Below are positions 13,996 through 26,699 of a stretch of DNA of 64,000 bases, one piece after another. The stretch comes from Fimicolochytrium jonesii (lineage: Eukaryota), in assembly GCF_025526975.1 (NCBI RefSeq), contig NW_026515672.1:930001-994000 (forward strand), given 5' to 3'. A model generated the notes under the pieces. The model searched no databases, was not told where the DNA came from, and saw only the letters and a list, made by a program, of their open reading frames with translations. How positions within the stretch are numbered: the stretch's first letter is position 1; each line of letters starts with the position of its first letter. Both the position numbers and the translations under genes were made by a program.

Positions 13996-16900
13996 TCAAA
14001 ACTCCGGTCGCCTTGCTGGGAATGCCGGGTACGTTCGAAGCCTCAAGCGTTCTACTTCCTCTCGTAGAATGCCGATATCCTGCGCTTGCGATCTCGCCAT
14101 ATCAATCAGTCTTCGCCGAGCGTATATCGCTGGGAGAGGATCATGACTGGTGGTCGTTGGGGCCGCCTTCGCCATAGCCGCTTCCCGCGGTGATGGCGAC
14201 CTTCGATGAGCATCTCGCGGTAGCGGAGGCTCCACCGCCTGTGCCGCTCCAACGCTCACCACTTCGCCCAGGGCATCTCCGATGGGCACCGTTTCCTCAA
14301 CCCACGCGCCTCTCCTCAGGATCTTTTTCCTATCACCAACATCCCTAGAGAGCTCCTCGAGTTTCCGATCCAGCCGCTCATTTTCCTTCAGCTTCTCTGC
14401 TACTTTTTGCCGGAATTTCTCAATGGCTTTGCGTTTCTCCTCAAGGTTGTGCTGATGTGCCTTGATGCTATAGTCACCACGCTTCTCTAGCGCGGCAATC
14501 TCGGCAGCCTGTTTGCGCTCGTCGCCGCCTCGGATATACTCCTGCATGTGTTTTGTGACTCGAAGAAGCTGAATGTCGCGAGTTTTATACAGCAGGGTCT
14601 CCGATGCAAAGTCGAGTGTTTGGTTTTCCCTAATGCAGCACCGGAAATGGGTTAGGCACGACTCCGAAGTAAAGTCCATCGGAAATTTGACACTTACCAC
14701 TCTAATGCATGAATCCCTTTCCTGTACTCCTTCATCTCGTTCAATGCGTCCACTTTCGCCTTGCCCAACCCACAAATAACATCATTCAAGCGCTCAACGG
14801 CATCCCTCCCGATAAGCACCGCGCCGCTGTAATCTGTCACGACCGGTGCCTGCGGCACTTCTACCTGGCCCTGCTTGAGCCCTTCCAGACAAACCTCAAA
14901 ATCGTACGTCTGGTTAAACTTGTACAGTTGGAACTCCGCGATTTGGGTATGTAAGGTCGCTGTGCGTGATGCCAACGCAGCGCTGTGTGCGAGGATCTGG
15001 TTGATCGTTATTTGCAGATGTTGCAGGCTGTTGTACGTATTGTACACCTCGGTTTGGCTGATGTGTTTCCGTTGAATATGCTCCCACAGGTTCTGGAGCA
15101 TGTCTGGGGGAAGCCCATCCGGGACTTCCGATGATGCGTTGAGCGGTTGCAAAGCAGGTGGGAGAGCCGGTGGTTGACCAGGAAGCCCGCCACCTATCGC
15201 ACTGGGTTGAATTGGGACGGCTACTGAGAGAGCGCCGGCTACCGAGGGCGTCCCTGGCCTCGAATGGTGCTGGCCTTGCCCTCCTGCTGCCGGTTGTTGC
15301 CCCGGACTCGGTCGGTGTACCTGAGACCCAGCAGCCTGTGTAGGAGCCGAAACATGGGCAAAATACGTATATGGGTTCAATTCCTCCCCAGCCTTGCCGT
15401 CTTCTTCCGGATCCTCCTCTCCGGCGCCTTTCCGCTTGAACAATCGCCAACATGGTTCCCACCAGCTTTCCAGCCCTTGTGCTCCGAATTCTCTCTTGAA
15501 CGTCTTCTCAACCTCTTTATCCCGCTTGACTGCCGCATCATAATCGTCGCGCACACGCTCAAGCTGTTTCTTCAGCTCGGGGATCTCAGCTGCAACCATA
15601 GATCTTTCCTCTTTACATTGCTCCAAAGCCTCGTTGATTGCCGCCTCCTTGCCTTCATCTTCTTCGGCATACAATATGAATGCGTGCAGCTTCAGTAGCG
15701 TCATTTCGTACGTCAGGATGCGGGTGTCGGTCGCAAGTTTTTGCACAAACAGCCCATTTCGGATCACATTCGTGTCGAAACCATCACAGAGCTCCTGGAT
15801 CCCAGCCAGGAGCTTCTTCAACTCAGTCTCGAGCGCTTTCCGCGTTTTCTCCTGCTCCTCCTTTTGCACGCTCAGCTTCTTTTCGTACTCTTTCGCGTGC
15901 TTGCGCTCCTCATCTGTCCAATCCGCGGGAGGTTTGTTGACCATGAAATCCGGTTTCTGTACAAGCATCTTCCCGCTCTCCTCTTCGGACGCCCGGTCAG
16001 CCAACGTGTTGTTCATCATCTGATTTAGTGCGCGATCGCGCCAATTGTCCTTTGCTGCCGCTTTGGCGCGCTCGGCTTCCAATCGCTGCTTCTCCGCCAG
16101 CTTGACTTGCTCCTCGGCCGTGATGAACTTCTCAGCCGTGACTTCCTCGTCCCGCACTTCCACCACGCGTTCGGGGACCTCGTCGTCATGTAGAACCGGC
16201 CGGAAGATCTCGCCAGCCGCACCGGCGTTTGTCCATCCAAGCTCTTCCATGATGCCCTTGGCCCGATCCCCGCGCTCCTCAATCCGGCCCATCTCGTCCC
16301 TTTTTAATCTCAATGTCTCGTCGAACTTTGCATTGAATTGGGTTTTCAACACGTGGATAGCGTGCGATAAGATGACCGCCTGTATGCGGCGGCGTTCGGA
16401 CGTTGTCAGTTCGAAGGGAGAGTACAGCAACGAGAACGGTTCCACGGCGGGATTGACGCCATCTTTTGGGGCTGTGGGCTGGTTCGTCGCCGCACCGGCT
16501 TTGCTGGCACGGGTATTGGAGGCATCTTCGTCTTCCGATGCATCCTAGAGATAAGACAGTTTGGATTGAGAGAGGGTGTAAACGTGTATAGAATGGTATA
16601 ACAGTATTACCTCGTCGCCGTCGGTGTCGCGGATAGGCTTTTTCGGCGGAGCCTAATGAGGTTTGAGGAGGGGAACGACATCAGTCACTTCGGTTGACAT
16701 TTACGATGCGAGTAACGTGCTCCTCCGGAATCTGATGTGTAAGTTTTACCTTCACGGTGGCTGCATTGACCAGGATTTGACTCCTTCGCAGCATGACCAC
16801 CCGGTCCACACGCTCTGTCTCTTCGGCCGACATTTTTCTTATCGGGTAGTTTGTCACCGTCGTTAATGTGTTAGTGAGAGGATCCGGGTGGAATGATTTG

Positions 16901-19900
16901 ATCGTCTGTCCGACCGTCGCCATGCTATCCCAGCAATCACGCTAGAATGCCGGAAAAAGGTTGGGACATATTGTTAGTGAGACAGTTTGAGCAGCAAGAC
17001 TATTAGTCACTCACCTTGATACGATTGCCGACGACCCTTCTTCTCAGCCACTCCTCTTCAATACTCTGCCTTACGCCCTCTACAACCTCCCCAGACTCCC
17101 GCTGCAGCTTTTCCCTCATCTCGTAGTCCAGAATGAACTCCTCTTTGTCTAATCGTTCCAAGGGAGGCAACGACTCGTTCTTCACGATGGCCCGGAGGAG
17201 GCGTTCGCGGAGAGCGTTGAGGCGGGTCTGGATGACGGATGTTTGTTGAGGGGTAGCACCATCCCCACTTGGTACTCCCGTGGCGGCGGGGGCTGCGGCG
17301 GATGCCGATGACAGACTAAGTTCACCTTCAATAGGAAGGATAGGTGGCGGAAGCGCTGCTTCGGGGAGGTCTGAGAGCTTCTGCAATTTCCCATGTGTTA
17401 GGCCCTAAAATTGCGTAATTCGAAACCGAAGAGTGGCGGATGAGAAGCGATCTCACCTTGACGAGACCCAAGCGGTCATTTACAAGCGCCACCACATCCT
17501 CGCCAGCCTCCGCCATCCTTTCCACCACACCCCCAACTTCCGTCGCCGATCGCCGTCCGGCAGCATTGTACTTCCATTCCCACAATCGCAATATTCCATC
17601 AGCACCGGCGGTGATGATGGCCCTGCAGTTCAGCGTTGCGGCGAGGCCGCGTACACCGCCAAGGAAAGGGTCGTGGACGTAGAGGCAGTAGCTTTTGTCG
17701 GGCTCCATGAGGGTGCGGACAGTGATGCGTCCGTCGAGGGACGTGGTGGTGACCCACGAGGTTGCCGGGTGGAGCAAAAGTTGAGTGACGGACTTCTCGT
17801 GATCTCTGCTCTATTCCGCCATTGTGAATGGTTAGTTAGTTTGGTGAAGACCTTCTGTGAGATCCTTTATCTCCGGACGGATGCTCTCGTCAAGGAGGAA
17901 AATGCTCACCTTGATCCCCGGACTTGACAGCACGATGAGTTCCACCGTTCGCACGGGCTCCTTCTTGGGTGCCGCTCGCTCCCCTTCACCGCCTTCCTCC
18001 GCGGGTTCAGCTTTCTTGGCCGAGGAAACTGGCGCCGCCGGTGCACCCGCCCTCTGCGGACCCTCGTATGTTTTCAGCCTGCCGTCGTTCGAAGTCACGT
18101 AAAAGGTATCCCTTCCGGCAGAGAGGTGACTTGGCACGATGGTCATACCGTCCACAGTGTCGTCAATTCGGTATATCACAATGGGGAGTTCGGGAGCTAA
18201 GGGGATTTCTCTCTCCATTTGCTGAGCACCATCGCCTTCAGGCGCCGAGGGCGGGATTTCCAGCGGCACCGGCACTCTGTAGATGTAGCTCCTTCCTTCC
18301 CCGCTAGCCAGCACAAACATATGTACGACTCCCAATTCTTCCTCCAGTTTCCACGCGCATGCTCGTATTTTTAGATCCACCGTTTGACCCGTCTCCGCCC
18401 CTGCCGGAATCTTGCTTGTGGTTGGCCGCGAAATGGTCGTAGTAATCGGGATGGCCGCACTTTTAACCCTTCCTCCCATGGCAGATGTTGGGTCGACCGC
18501 CGGCGGGACCGGCAAGGTCGTAAACCCTGCATAGCCAAAGGTATCTAACACGCCAACGAGGGCGATGCGCTTATCGGTGTGGGAGGTGGCCGCAAGGTAG
18601 CGTCCCGCGGGATCGAACGAAATAACATCGACTGCGTTGGCGAACACACGATCGCGCACAACCAACCTAGGCGGCACATTGGTTGCGCGGAAATCATACA
18701 CGCGCACGCATCCGTCGGCTGTTCCTGCCGCAGCGAGCTGCGCGAAAGGTGATGCCGCGACTGATGTAATGTGCGAGGAGTGTGCGGGTGGGAGCGAGAT
18801 GCGATGAAGGTGAAGCAGTTTCTTGAAGGTGTTGGTGCGCTGGATATCGGCGTCGAGGGATTGAAAGTCGAGGTGGTGAGTGGCCGCTGTGATGAGGGTC
18901 GAGGAAGGGTGATGTACGGTGAGGTTCGAGACGTTTGGAGTGTGCAGGATCTGTTTTCACGAAACGTAAGCTCATGCTGAGAGCCAACGAAGATCACAGT
19001 ATCATTGCAGTACCTCTATGACGTTCTCTTTTACGACGTTGTAAACAAAGAGCTTTCCACTGACACTCTCGATCAATGCTCTCCGGTAGTCTGGGGCAAA
19101 CGACAAACTTGCTACACTTTCACCCTTAGTCACATCAATTGTCTTTGTCACCGACGCAGTGGCGAATGAGTGTAACCGAAGCACGCCGTCCTGCAGTTCG
19201 CGCAAACAAACAGAAACACGAAAGAAATGTCGGTTACCAAACGTCTCACGTAGAGATGCCGAGGATCTCCGCGGTCTTCTTACCTTCCCAGCAACATACA
19301 GTCCATCTTTGGCAACAGCCACATATTCTATTTGACCATGCGGCAGCATCCTCTTCCTCCTATTCTCTGAGTCCTCATCATCTCCACCCTCGCCCCGAGA
19401 GCCCGGTTCATCCGTCCCTCCATCCTCACCGCTCGTACCAGGCCCGCCGTCGGCTGCAGCAGCCGAAGCGTAAACCCTGTGGTCACCAGTAACCGGGTCG
19501 TAGTGCACCAGTTCACACCCGGAGGAGGTCGTGCATACGATTTGTTCGTCGATCGTCCAGGCATGCGAGTTCGGGTGAGGGCCTTTCGGAAAGAGTGACG
19601 GCATCGCTAGCGATTCGTGGTCGGGTTGGAATATAGGCTTGCCTTTCCTACCATACACAGGGAACAAGTGAGGAAAGATCCTCGGGCCCTTGCGCATCAC
19701 AGTCCCTCAAACGGCAAACCCCTGAACTTACACAGCAACCAATCCACTCCTCTTAAACCCAATCTCCAACCTCCAGAACCTAATCCCACCCTCACCTCCA
19801 CTCGTACATATCCGCCGCGAGTCCAGCGGGTCAAACGAGATGAACTCTGCCGCGGCGCCGTTGGGTACCTCGCACACCAAGGTGGCCGTGCGCCAGTCCC

Positions 19901-20620
19901 AGATCGTGATTGTGTGCGTTGGGAGGGTGCCTAGCGCTGCGAGGTATTGGGTGTCGGGAGAGAAGGCTAGGGCGTGGATGGATAAATCTTTCGATGCTAT
20001 TTAGGGGAGGGATAATGATAGGTATCAGATAAGATCGCGGTCGACCAGACGGACATCCCTAAATCACACAGCCGCTCCATTTCCACCATACCTTCCATCT
20101 TGGCAGTCCCACTGCCACCCCAGACCGCTCCACTAGGCCATTTGACAACCTTGACAGCCATCGAGTCCCGCTCCGAATACGCAACAACGCTTTCCCTTTT
20201 CTGCACTGCAAACGCAACGATCTGCGAACCCGCCACTACACTCCTCAGTTCCTGCTGTTGCGACGGTGTTGCCCCGCTGCTCGCGGCTGGTGATTGCGGG
20301 TGAATTTCAGTGCCATGCTCTCCGGCTGTTGCTCCGCCACTGCCGCCCACCTCCACATGCGTGCTGCCGCCCTCGGCTGTGGACGCTGGATGGCCTGGTG
20401 CATCGGTGGCCGCGGCCTCCTCGATCTCAGCAACATCGAGGAAATTGATCGAGTTGCCTGATATATACGCAACAACGGTGGGAGTGAAGAAAGTGGCGGG
20501 GCTGAGTGGGGTGTGACCTATGGACTTTCTGTGCGCAATAAGAAGGGAGTTCGTCAGACGAGGGCTGAAAGGGGACGGGTGAGGAAGGGTAGGCGACTTA
20601 CACAAGCTCAAGGTCGCCAT
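13996..20620 (-). CDS. CFAP43: Cilia- and flagella-associated protein 43 (WD40 plus coiled coil), many exons
   Basis: N-terminal WD40-like repeats, LLYSPFELTTSERRRIQ, LKQGQVEVPQAPVVTDY, TRDIQLLRVTK and the C-terminal EVERLRLRTYPAF typical of CFAP43/WDR96. The start MATLSL at 20620 is inferred. Confidence 0.88.
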
Positions 20621-21085
20621 ATAGTCCTGTTGGCATCGTGGGCAGTAATCCCAGAGTCCTGCTAGTTTGGACACGAATCGCAAGGTAGGAGGAAAAAATG
20701 AAGGGTCTACAAGACTTATGAAGAAAGCCCTGTCGGTCTAGCGCGAGGGCCAGGGTTGCACGTCGGAGGCAGGAAGCGGACGAAGTTAGTTGAGAAGTCG
20801 GACAACGCGCTGTCGGATTTACGTAAGCAGTTTGAGTGCAAGTTCCTGGCGAACCTCAGCAACTTCACCAGCAACAGAAGCAACAGAAGCAACAGAAAAG
20901 CACAGGGACGGGGACAGGAAGATGATTCAATGAAGATACATGGAGTAGCAGATGAATGAAAGGGAAAACTATGAAACCAGTCCGCGGCGCAAATCAGGCG
21001 GTCCTATGTCGTGTTCGAGCGATTTCCGCTCGAATGTGTACACCAGTCCATCTGAATGGAGCTTTCCGCGGATGTGCTACCCACT

Positions 21086-23259
21086 TCAAAGCAGCATCGT
21101 CAAAGGGTTCTCAAGCAAACCCTTAAAGACACCCAACCACTTTGCCCCAACCGCACCATCCACAACACGGTGATCACAGCTCAGGGTGACGTTCATCACC
21201 TTCGAGTTACGGACGCCCTTCTCAGCCGCGTCATCGATTACCAACTTGTCCTGCACCCCGCCGACGGCGAGGATGCCCGAGTGCGGTGGGTTGATGATGG
21301 CGGTGAAGTGGGAGATGCCGTACATGCCAAGGTTGGAGATGGTGAAGGTGCCGCCTTGGTATTCGTGGGGTTGGAGTTTGTTGGCGCGGGCTTTCTCGGC
21401 GAGCGTTTTGACGTTGGTGGAGATTTGGGAGAGGCCGATGGCGTCCGCTTGGTGGACGATGGGGGTGATCAGGCCGGACTCTGTGGAGTGGGGTAAGTGA
21501 CTGCAAATACAGAAGCTTGTGATTTTAAGACCCAGACATACCAGTAGCGACGGCAACAGCAATATCGGCGTTGTTGAACCTACAGATCGAACAAGACATG
21601 TGAGCATCGATCTGTACTTCGCTTTCAGCCGCACAGTCGCTCAACCCCTCTAACTTACTGCCTGATGGAAGTGCCTTGCCATGCGCTGTTGACCTCCGGA
21701 ACGGCCTTCAGCGCCAGAGCGGATGCGCGGATGACAAAGTCGTTCACGGAAAGCTTGAACTTGCCCTTGGCTTCACTGTTCAGAACCTCGCGGAGTCTAG
21801 GATAGAGCGGGTCAGTTGATGCCGCCGGCCAATGAGGAGTCCATATTTGTAGCACTTCCGCGACATACTTGTAGATTTTGTCAGCGTTGATTTCTTGTGT
21901 GAGGTAGTAGTGTGGTATTTGTTGCTTAGATTCCGCCAGACGACCGGCAATCACCTGCATTTGAAAGCTGTGAGGGACCATACAATACTGGAGGAAGACT
22001 GAGGGTCGTTTGAGGCACTAACCTTGCGAACATTCGATAATGGGATGTCGGTGTAGGCGGCTCCTGGTGCCGGTGCGGGGGCGGGCGCGGGTTTTGGCGC
22101 TGGCTTCTGAGAGGCTGCACAATGACGATTCGCCATGAGTCGCTTGTTCAGCAAACAATAGCACGGAGAGCGTCACAGGTCCTCCCATGATTACAGATCC
22201 TAGACCTCCACATCCCATCTAAACGCGTTCGGGTTGCCACCTAGGACTGTGCATTCCATGCCGGCGCCCGTAACAGCTTGCCCATTGATCCAAGCTCCAG
22301 CTATCTCTGTCAAGTAAACACCCTTCCCGCGCCGCTCAGAGGTGAGGCCCAGTGTTATTCACATACCTCCAGATTTGGGTGCCGCCTGCTTGGCATCCTC
22401 CTTTTTAGGTTCCTCCTTCTGAGGCTCCTCCTTCTTCTCGGGCTTCTCCTCCGGCGCCTTCTCCACGGGCTTCTCCTCGGCAGCAGGAGCAGATGCGGGT
22501 GCGGCGTTATCCTCTAGCTTGTAGTCTGCGAACTTCTCCACATCCTCCTTGTTCTCCACGAGAATCGCAATGGGCTAAAAGGCATGCAAGACAAATCCGT
22601 TATCAGCCACCATCCTTCCCTTCCCATCGATGATTCCGTCGCGCACCTTGTTGACCGCGACATCCTTAGTGCCAGACTCCACGAAAATCTTTGCGATGAA
22701 CCCCTCATCCTGGTTTTCGAAATCCATGGTAGCCTTGTCTGTCTCGACTTCCACAAGGACATCACCGGGCTGGATTTCGTCCCCGACCTTCTTGTTCCAC
22801 TGGCCGAGGTTGCCGGAGGTCATTGTTGGGGAGAGCGCTGGCATGTTGATGAGAGTGTGCGAGGGGTATGCTGCAGAAGGTGTGCAAGGCTGTCAGCAGC
22901 CGGCTGCACACTGGTCGAAACGCAACACTCACTAGCTCACATCTAGAGGCATAACCTCGTTGAGCAACGGGAAACGAGCCATTGGTAGTCGCACGCTGAC
23001 GAGGGCGAGTAGACGGCGCGCTGGGGCGTAAGAACAAAGGCAAGCCAGCAGATATCAGCCCTATCTGCGCATACAGATACAGTATATGAAGAGTATTAAC
23101 TTACGTTGCGAGGTGGTAGGCCCTAGTCCTGGGAGCTGTTGTTGGGCGACCCGCGGCGAGCCTGACCCGAGATGGGGCGGTCGCAAAGGCCGCCGTTGGC
23201 AGCGTTGGGCGGGCGGCGGACGCACGGCGTTGCAGAGCACGGACGGCGGACAGATGCAT
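21086..23259 (-). CDS. LAT1: Pyruvate dehydrogenase E2, dihydrolipoamide acetyltransferase (mitochondrial)
   Basis: Arg/Ala-rich presequence, lipoyl domain MPALSPTM...[11 protein letters not shown], and catalytic domain [35 protein letters not shown]. No intact peripheral subunit-binding domain found. Confidence 0.93.
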
Positions 23260-23899
23260 GGTGAATATGTGCTGAGAGTGTGAGTCTGAAGAGCCGATGG
23301 GCGGAAAGCGACGAAGAGTATTTCTGGTCGGAAAACAGAGACAGCGCCAACGCAAAAGGCAGACGCGTTTCCCATCGATAGCGCTTCCATCAACGTCAAC
23401 AATCGATGCTCATGGTCATGATATCTATCCTCTCCGTTCCGCTCTCCGTGAAATAGCGCAGAGAAGGTTCAGCATCGAGGCATTTGCTGTATGCATGGAC
23501 ATGTATGGAGGATTCCAATGTGAGACTCAATGATCATGTTTCCATCGATTATCGGTCTCATGTTCGATCTTTCCGACCTTGGTCCCCTCGAAAACAGCCC
23601 AAATGTCCTCAATCACCCCGGCGATCCCACAAGCGTTTTGAAAGCAAGTCACAACAAAAGATCGCCAACCCGGAAACCCAAGGGACAGTCTTCCAGGTGC
23701 AGATGGGCCGCAAGGCCACGCCAATTTATTCCCTGAAGCATCGTCTCAGCTTCCTCGCGCAGCGGAAGAAATGCAACGAGGAAAGCCGGCTTTGCCAGAG
23801 TGCGGAAGCTGGTTACATGCGGAGTTGGTGTATCCGACTAATCTACACTATACAGGCGCAAACAAGCACGGTTTCCATTTGATGGACAAGAAAATCGGT

Positions 23900-24511
23900 T
23901 TACTCGTCGGTGCGGACGATCTGGGCGGCGATACGGTCCAAATCCTTCTGTCCGTCCTGGGAGATACGACGACCACTGAAAAGTAGAGATGAAATCAGAA
24001 TGTGCTCACGCAAGGGAGAAACATTAAACGCTCACGAGCAGTGCAAACTTACCCAGTGGGGTCCTGCTCGAGCACCTTGATCTTCTCAAGGGCCTGCATG
24101 ACCTTACGGGCGACAGAGCCGGAGGCGATCGCGTGGTGGTGGGGACGGTTTCCACGGTTCTGACGACCACCGTAGTTCTTCTTCAAGGCACCAACTCCAA
24201 CACCGCTGCGGAGGTAGATGTGACGGGCGACCGAGGCTGTGAAAACAGTTAGAGTCAGAATGGATCTTCAAACTTTGCGAGAGAAGACAGCGTTCCTAAA
24301 CAACGTTCCCAATTCACAACACGAAGTACATACCAGCACGAATGTAGAACCAGTCCTGGTCGTAAGGGGCGAGCTCCTTGTAGGTGGCGGTCTTGACAAG
24401 GTCAACCCACTTGGGGACCTCGAGCTTACCGGTACGCTTCAGGTAGGCAGCGTAAGCCTTGACGAAAGCGTGAGCGCTGACGTCCTTAACGGTGACACCT
24501 CCGCTGGACAT
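23900..24511 (-). CDS. RPS19: 40S ribosomal protein eS19 (3 exons)
   Basis: VTVKDV...[47 protein letters not shown]...[22 protein letters not shown]. Confidence 0.97.
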
Positions 24512-24652
24512 TGTTGGGTTGTTGTTGCTGCTTCGTGACGAGAAGAGGGCGAGCTTGGTGCAGCGATGTTCGTGCCGAAAAGCGAAAGAGGGAGCAAAAC
24601 GTCGAAATCGCCCAGAGCCGTGAAGAAAAGCGCCAGGCGAATGGTCTCATCA

Positions 24653-24670
24653 CGTGACTGCTCGTGACTG
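24653..24670 (-). promoter_or_regulatory. Two tandem Homol D-like boxes (CAGTCACG) upstream of RPS19
   Basis: + strand CGTGACTG at 24653-24660 and 24663-24670, i.e. CAGTCACG on the RPS19 strand, ~140-160 bp upstream of its ATG. Homol D (CAGTCACA/G) is a known fungal ribosomal-protein promoter element. Confidence 0.55.
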
Positions 24671-24871
24671 TCGTTTAGATCGCCAAGTGACACTGGTATA
24701 GAGTGACACTGCAGTGGAAGTCGGTGGCCTTGCTCCAAATCGGCCGTGAGGAGGACAACCAGAAGAGACTCCAAACCCAACTGTACACGGATATCCGAAG
24801 TCAGGCTTTCACGGTTCTCGTTCCTGAGTATAGCAGTAGGCCTCAACGTCTTTGCGCCACCAGTCTGCTAA

Positions 24872-26419
24872 ATGACTGCCCATCGTCTTGTCGCGCGCGC
24901 TTCAACCGCCCTGTCGAGGACTTCTACTAGATCGTGGGTTGATGCACCGGTTTGTCTGCGGACTGGCAGTCTCGCCAAACTTCTAGGCCGTCACAAGTCG
25001 GGTCTCCTTACGGCGGGTCGAGGCGTCAAGTCTTCGGGGAGAAGCAACTTCCATACTACCGCGCCGAATATGCTGGCATCGCAGCCGAAAAGTGACGGAA
25101 ACGGGACAGAAGCTAGTTCGGGGCAGTATGGAACAGGTTAGCCTTAATGTGAGATTATCGTCGCTTCCTAATGCTGCACTGGATCTAGAGTACTGAGAAA
25201 TGCCACAACGTAGGAAGTCCGCTCGTCTCCACCTCGTGGCTAGCCGACAACCTCGACAAAGTGGTCCTTCTCGACGCGACGTGGTACCTCCAACCAGGCC
25301 CCCCAGCAGCAATGGGTCCGGACGAACAATGGGCTTACGAGCAATCGCACAAGAAGCAACCTGTTCAAAAGGACGCGCGGAAGGAGTTTGAGGAGAGACA
25401 TATCAAGGGAGCGCGCTTTTTCGATCTGGATAAGGTCTCTGATCAGCTTAGCTCGTTGCCGCATATGTTGCCTACCCTTGAGGAGTTTGAAGAGCACGTC
25501 AGCGAGATGGGGATCAAGGAAGATGATCATGTTGTTGTATACGACGGTCAAGGCATCTTCTCGGCGCCCAGAGTTTGGTGGACGTTCAAGGTAGCTTTCA
25601 ATGCTACCTCAAAGGATTGCATCAATGCTCCACGAGCGGGAAAGACTAAACCTCGATCGCGGACAGGTCTTTGGACACAAGAATGTGAGCGTCTTGGACG
25701 GAGGTCTACCAAAGTGGCTCAAAGAATCCAGACCTGTCGAATCGGCGCTACCACAAATAACGGTAACAGAGGTCTGATGCTTGAGTTTGGCGATAAGTAC
25801 TCTCACTGATAAAGAAGTTCCCCTTCTCAATGCAGAAAACTTCATATAAAGGCGAATTCGATGAGGAGCTGGTGATCAACTACCAAGACCTCCTCCTTCA
25901 CCTGTCGGACTTTATGTACTCGAAGAATTTCACTATCCTCGATGCAAGACCTCGGGGGAGGTAATGATTCTGTTCGCGCGGACTCTTGGAAACAGCCGCT
26001 GACTTTCTCCATCCACCCAGATTCGCAGGCCATGCCCCAGAACCACGGCCAGGCCTCCCATCCGGCCACATCCCATCATCCATCAACATCCCTGCAGCTG
26101 AACTCGTCGACCCTACGACAAAGCAGATGATCCCACGGAAAGAGATCATCCGCCGGCTGTTTGTGGAGAATGTGAATTTGGATAAACCAATTGTTACCAT
26201 GTGTGGTACGTGTTTTCCTGCGGTGAATGGGAGATCAGAAGTCAACTGTGGCCAGTACTCAACAGCCACCTATCATTGCATCTAGGGAGCGGCGTGACTG
26301 CAGCCACGCTGTTCTTGGCGTTGGATTTCATCGGAAAGAAGGGCGATGTGAAACTGTACGATGGGAGCTGGACCGAATGGGCGGCGAAGAAGGATAGCCC
26401 TGTGAAGGCTTGGAAATAG
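24872..26419 (+). CDS. TUM1: 3-mercaptopyruvate/thiosulfate sulfurtransferase (tandem rhodanese)
   Basis: VLLDATW, HIKGARFFDLD, LPHMLP, SAPRVWWTF, VLDGGL, active-site loop CG|SGVTA, LYDGSWTEW. Mitochondrial-type presequence. Confidence 0.93.
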
Positions 26420-26699
26420 GGGCGTAGAGAAGGAGTAGCTTGTAGTACATAGGAGAGCATGGAGGCGTACATAGGATCAAAAGGCAGGGTTCGAATTCTC
26501 ATTCGATACTGTATGAATCTGTTTTTATAGTACATACGTGCCAAAGCAACCGCGATTTGGAGTTTCGGGAAATCTAGTCTTAACAATAACGCTGCATCGT
26601 GAGGGTGGACTCGCACCTCTCAAAGATGGACCACATCCACCATCTCGCCAAAGCATCGATCCAGACGTCGGCACGCCCCTCCAGTGTCCGGCGAGAACC

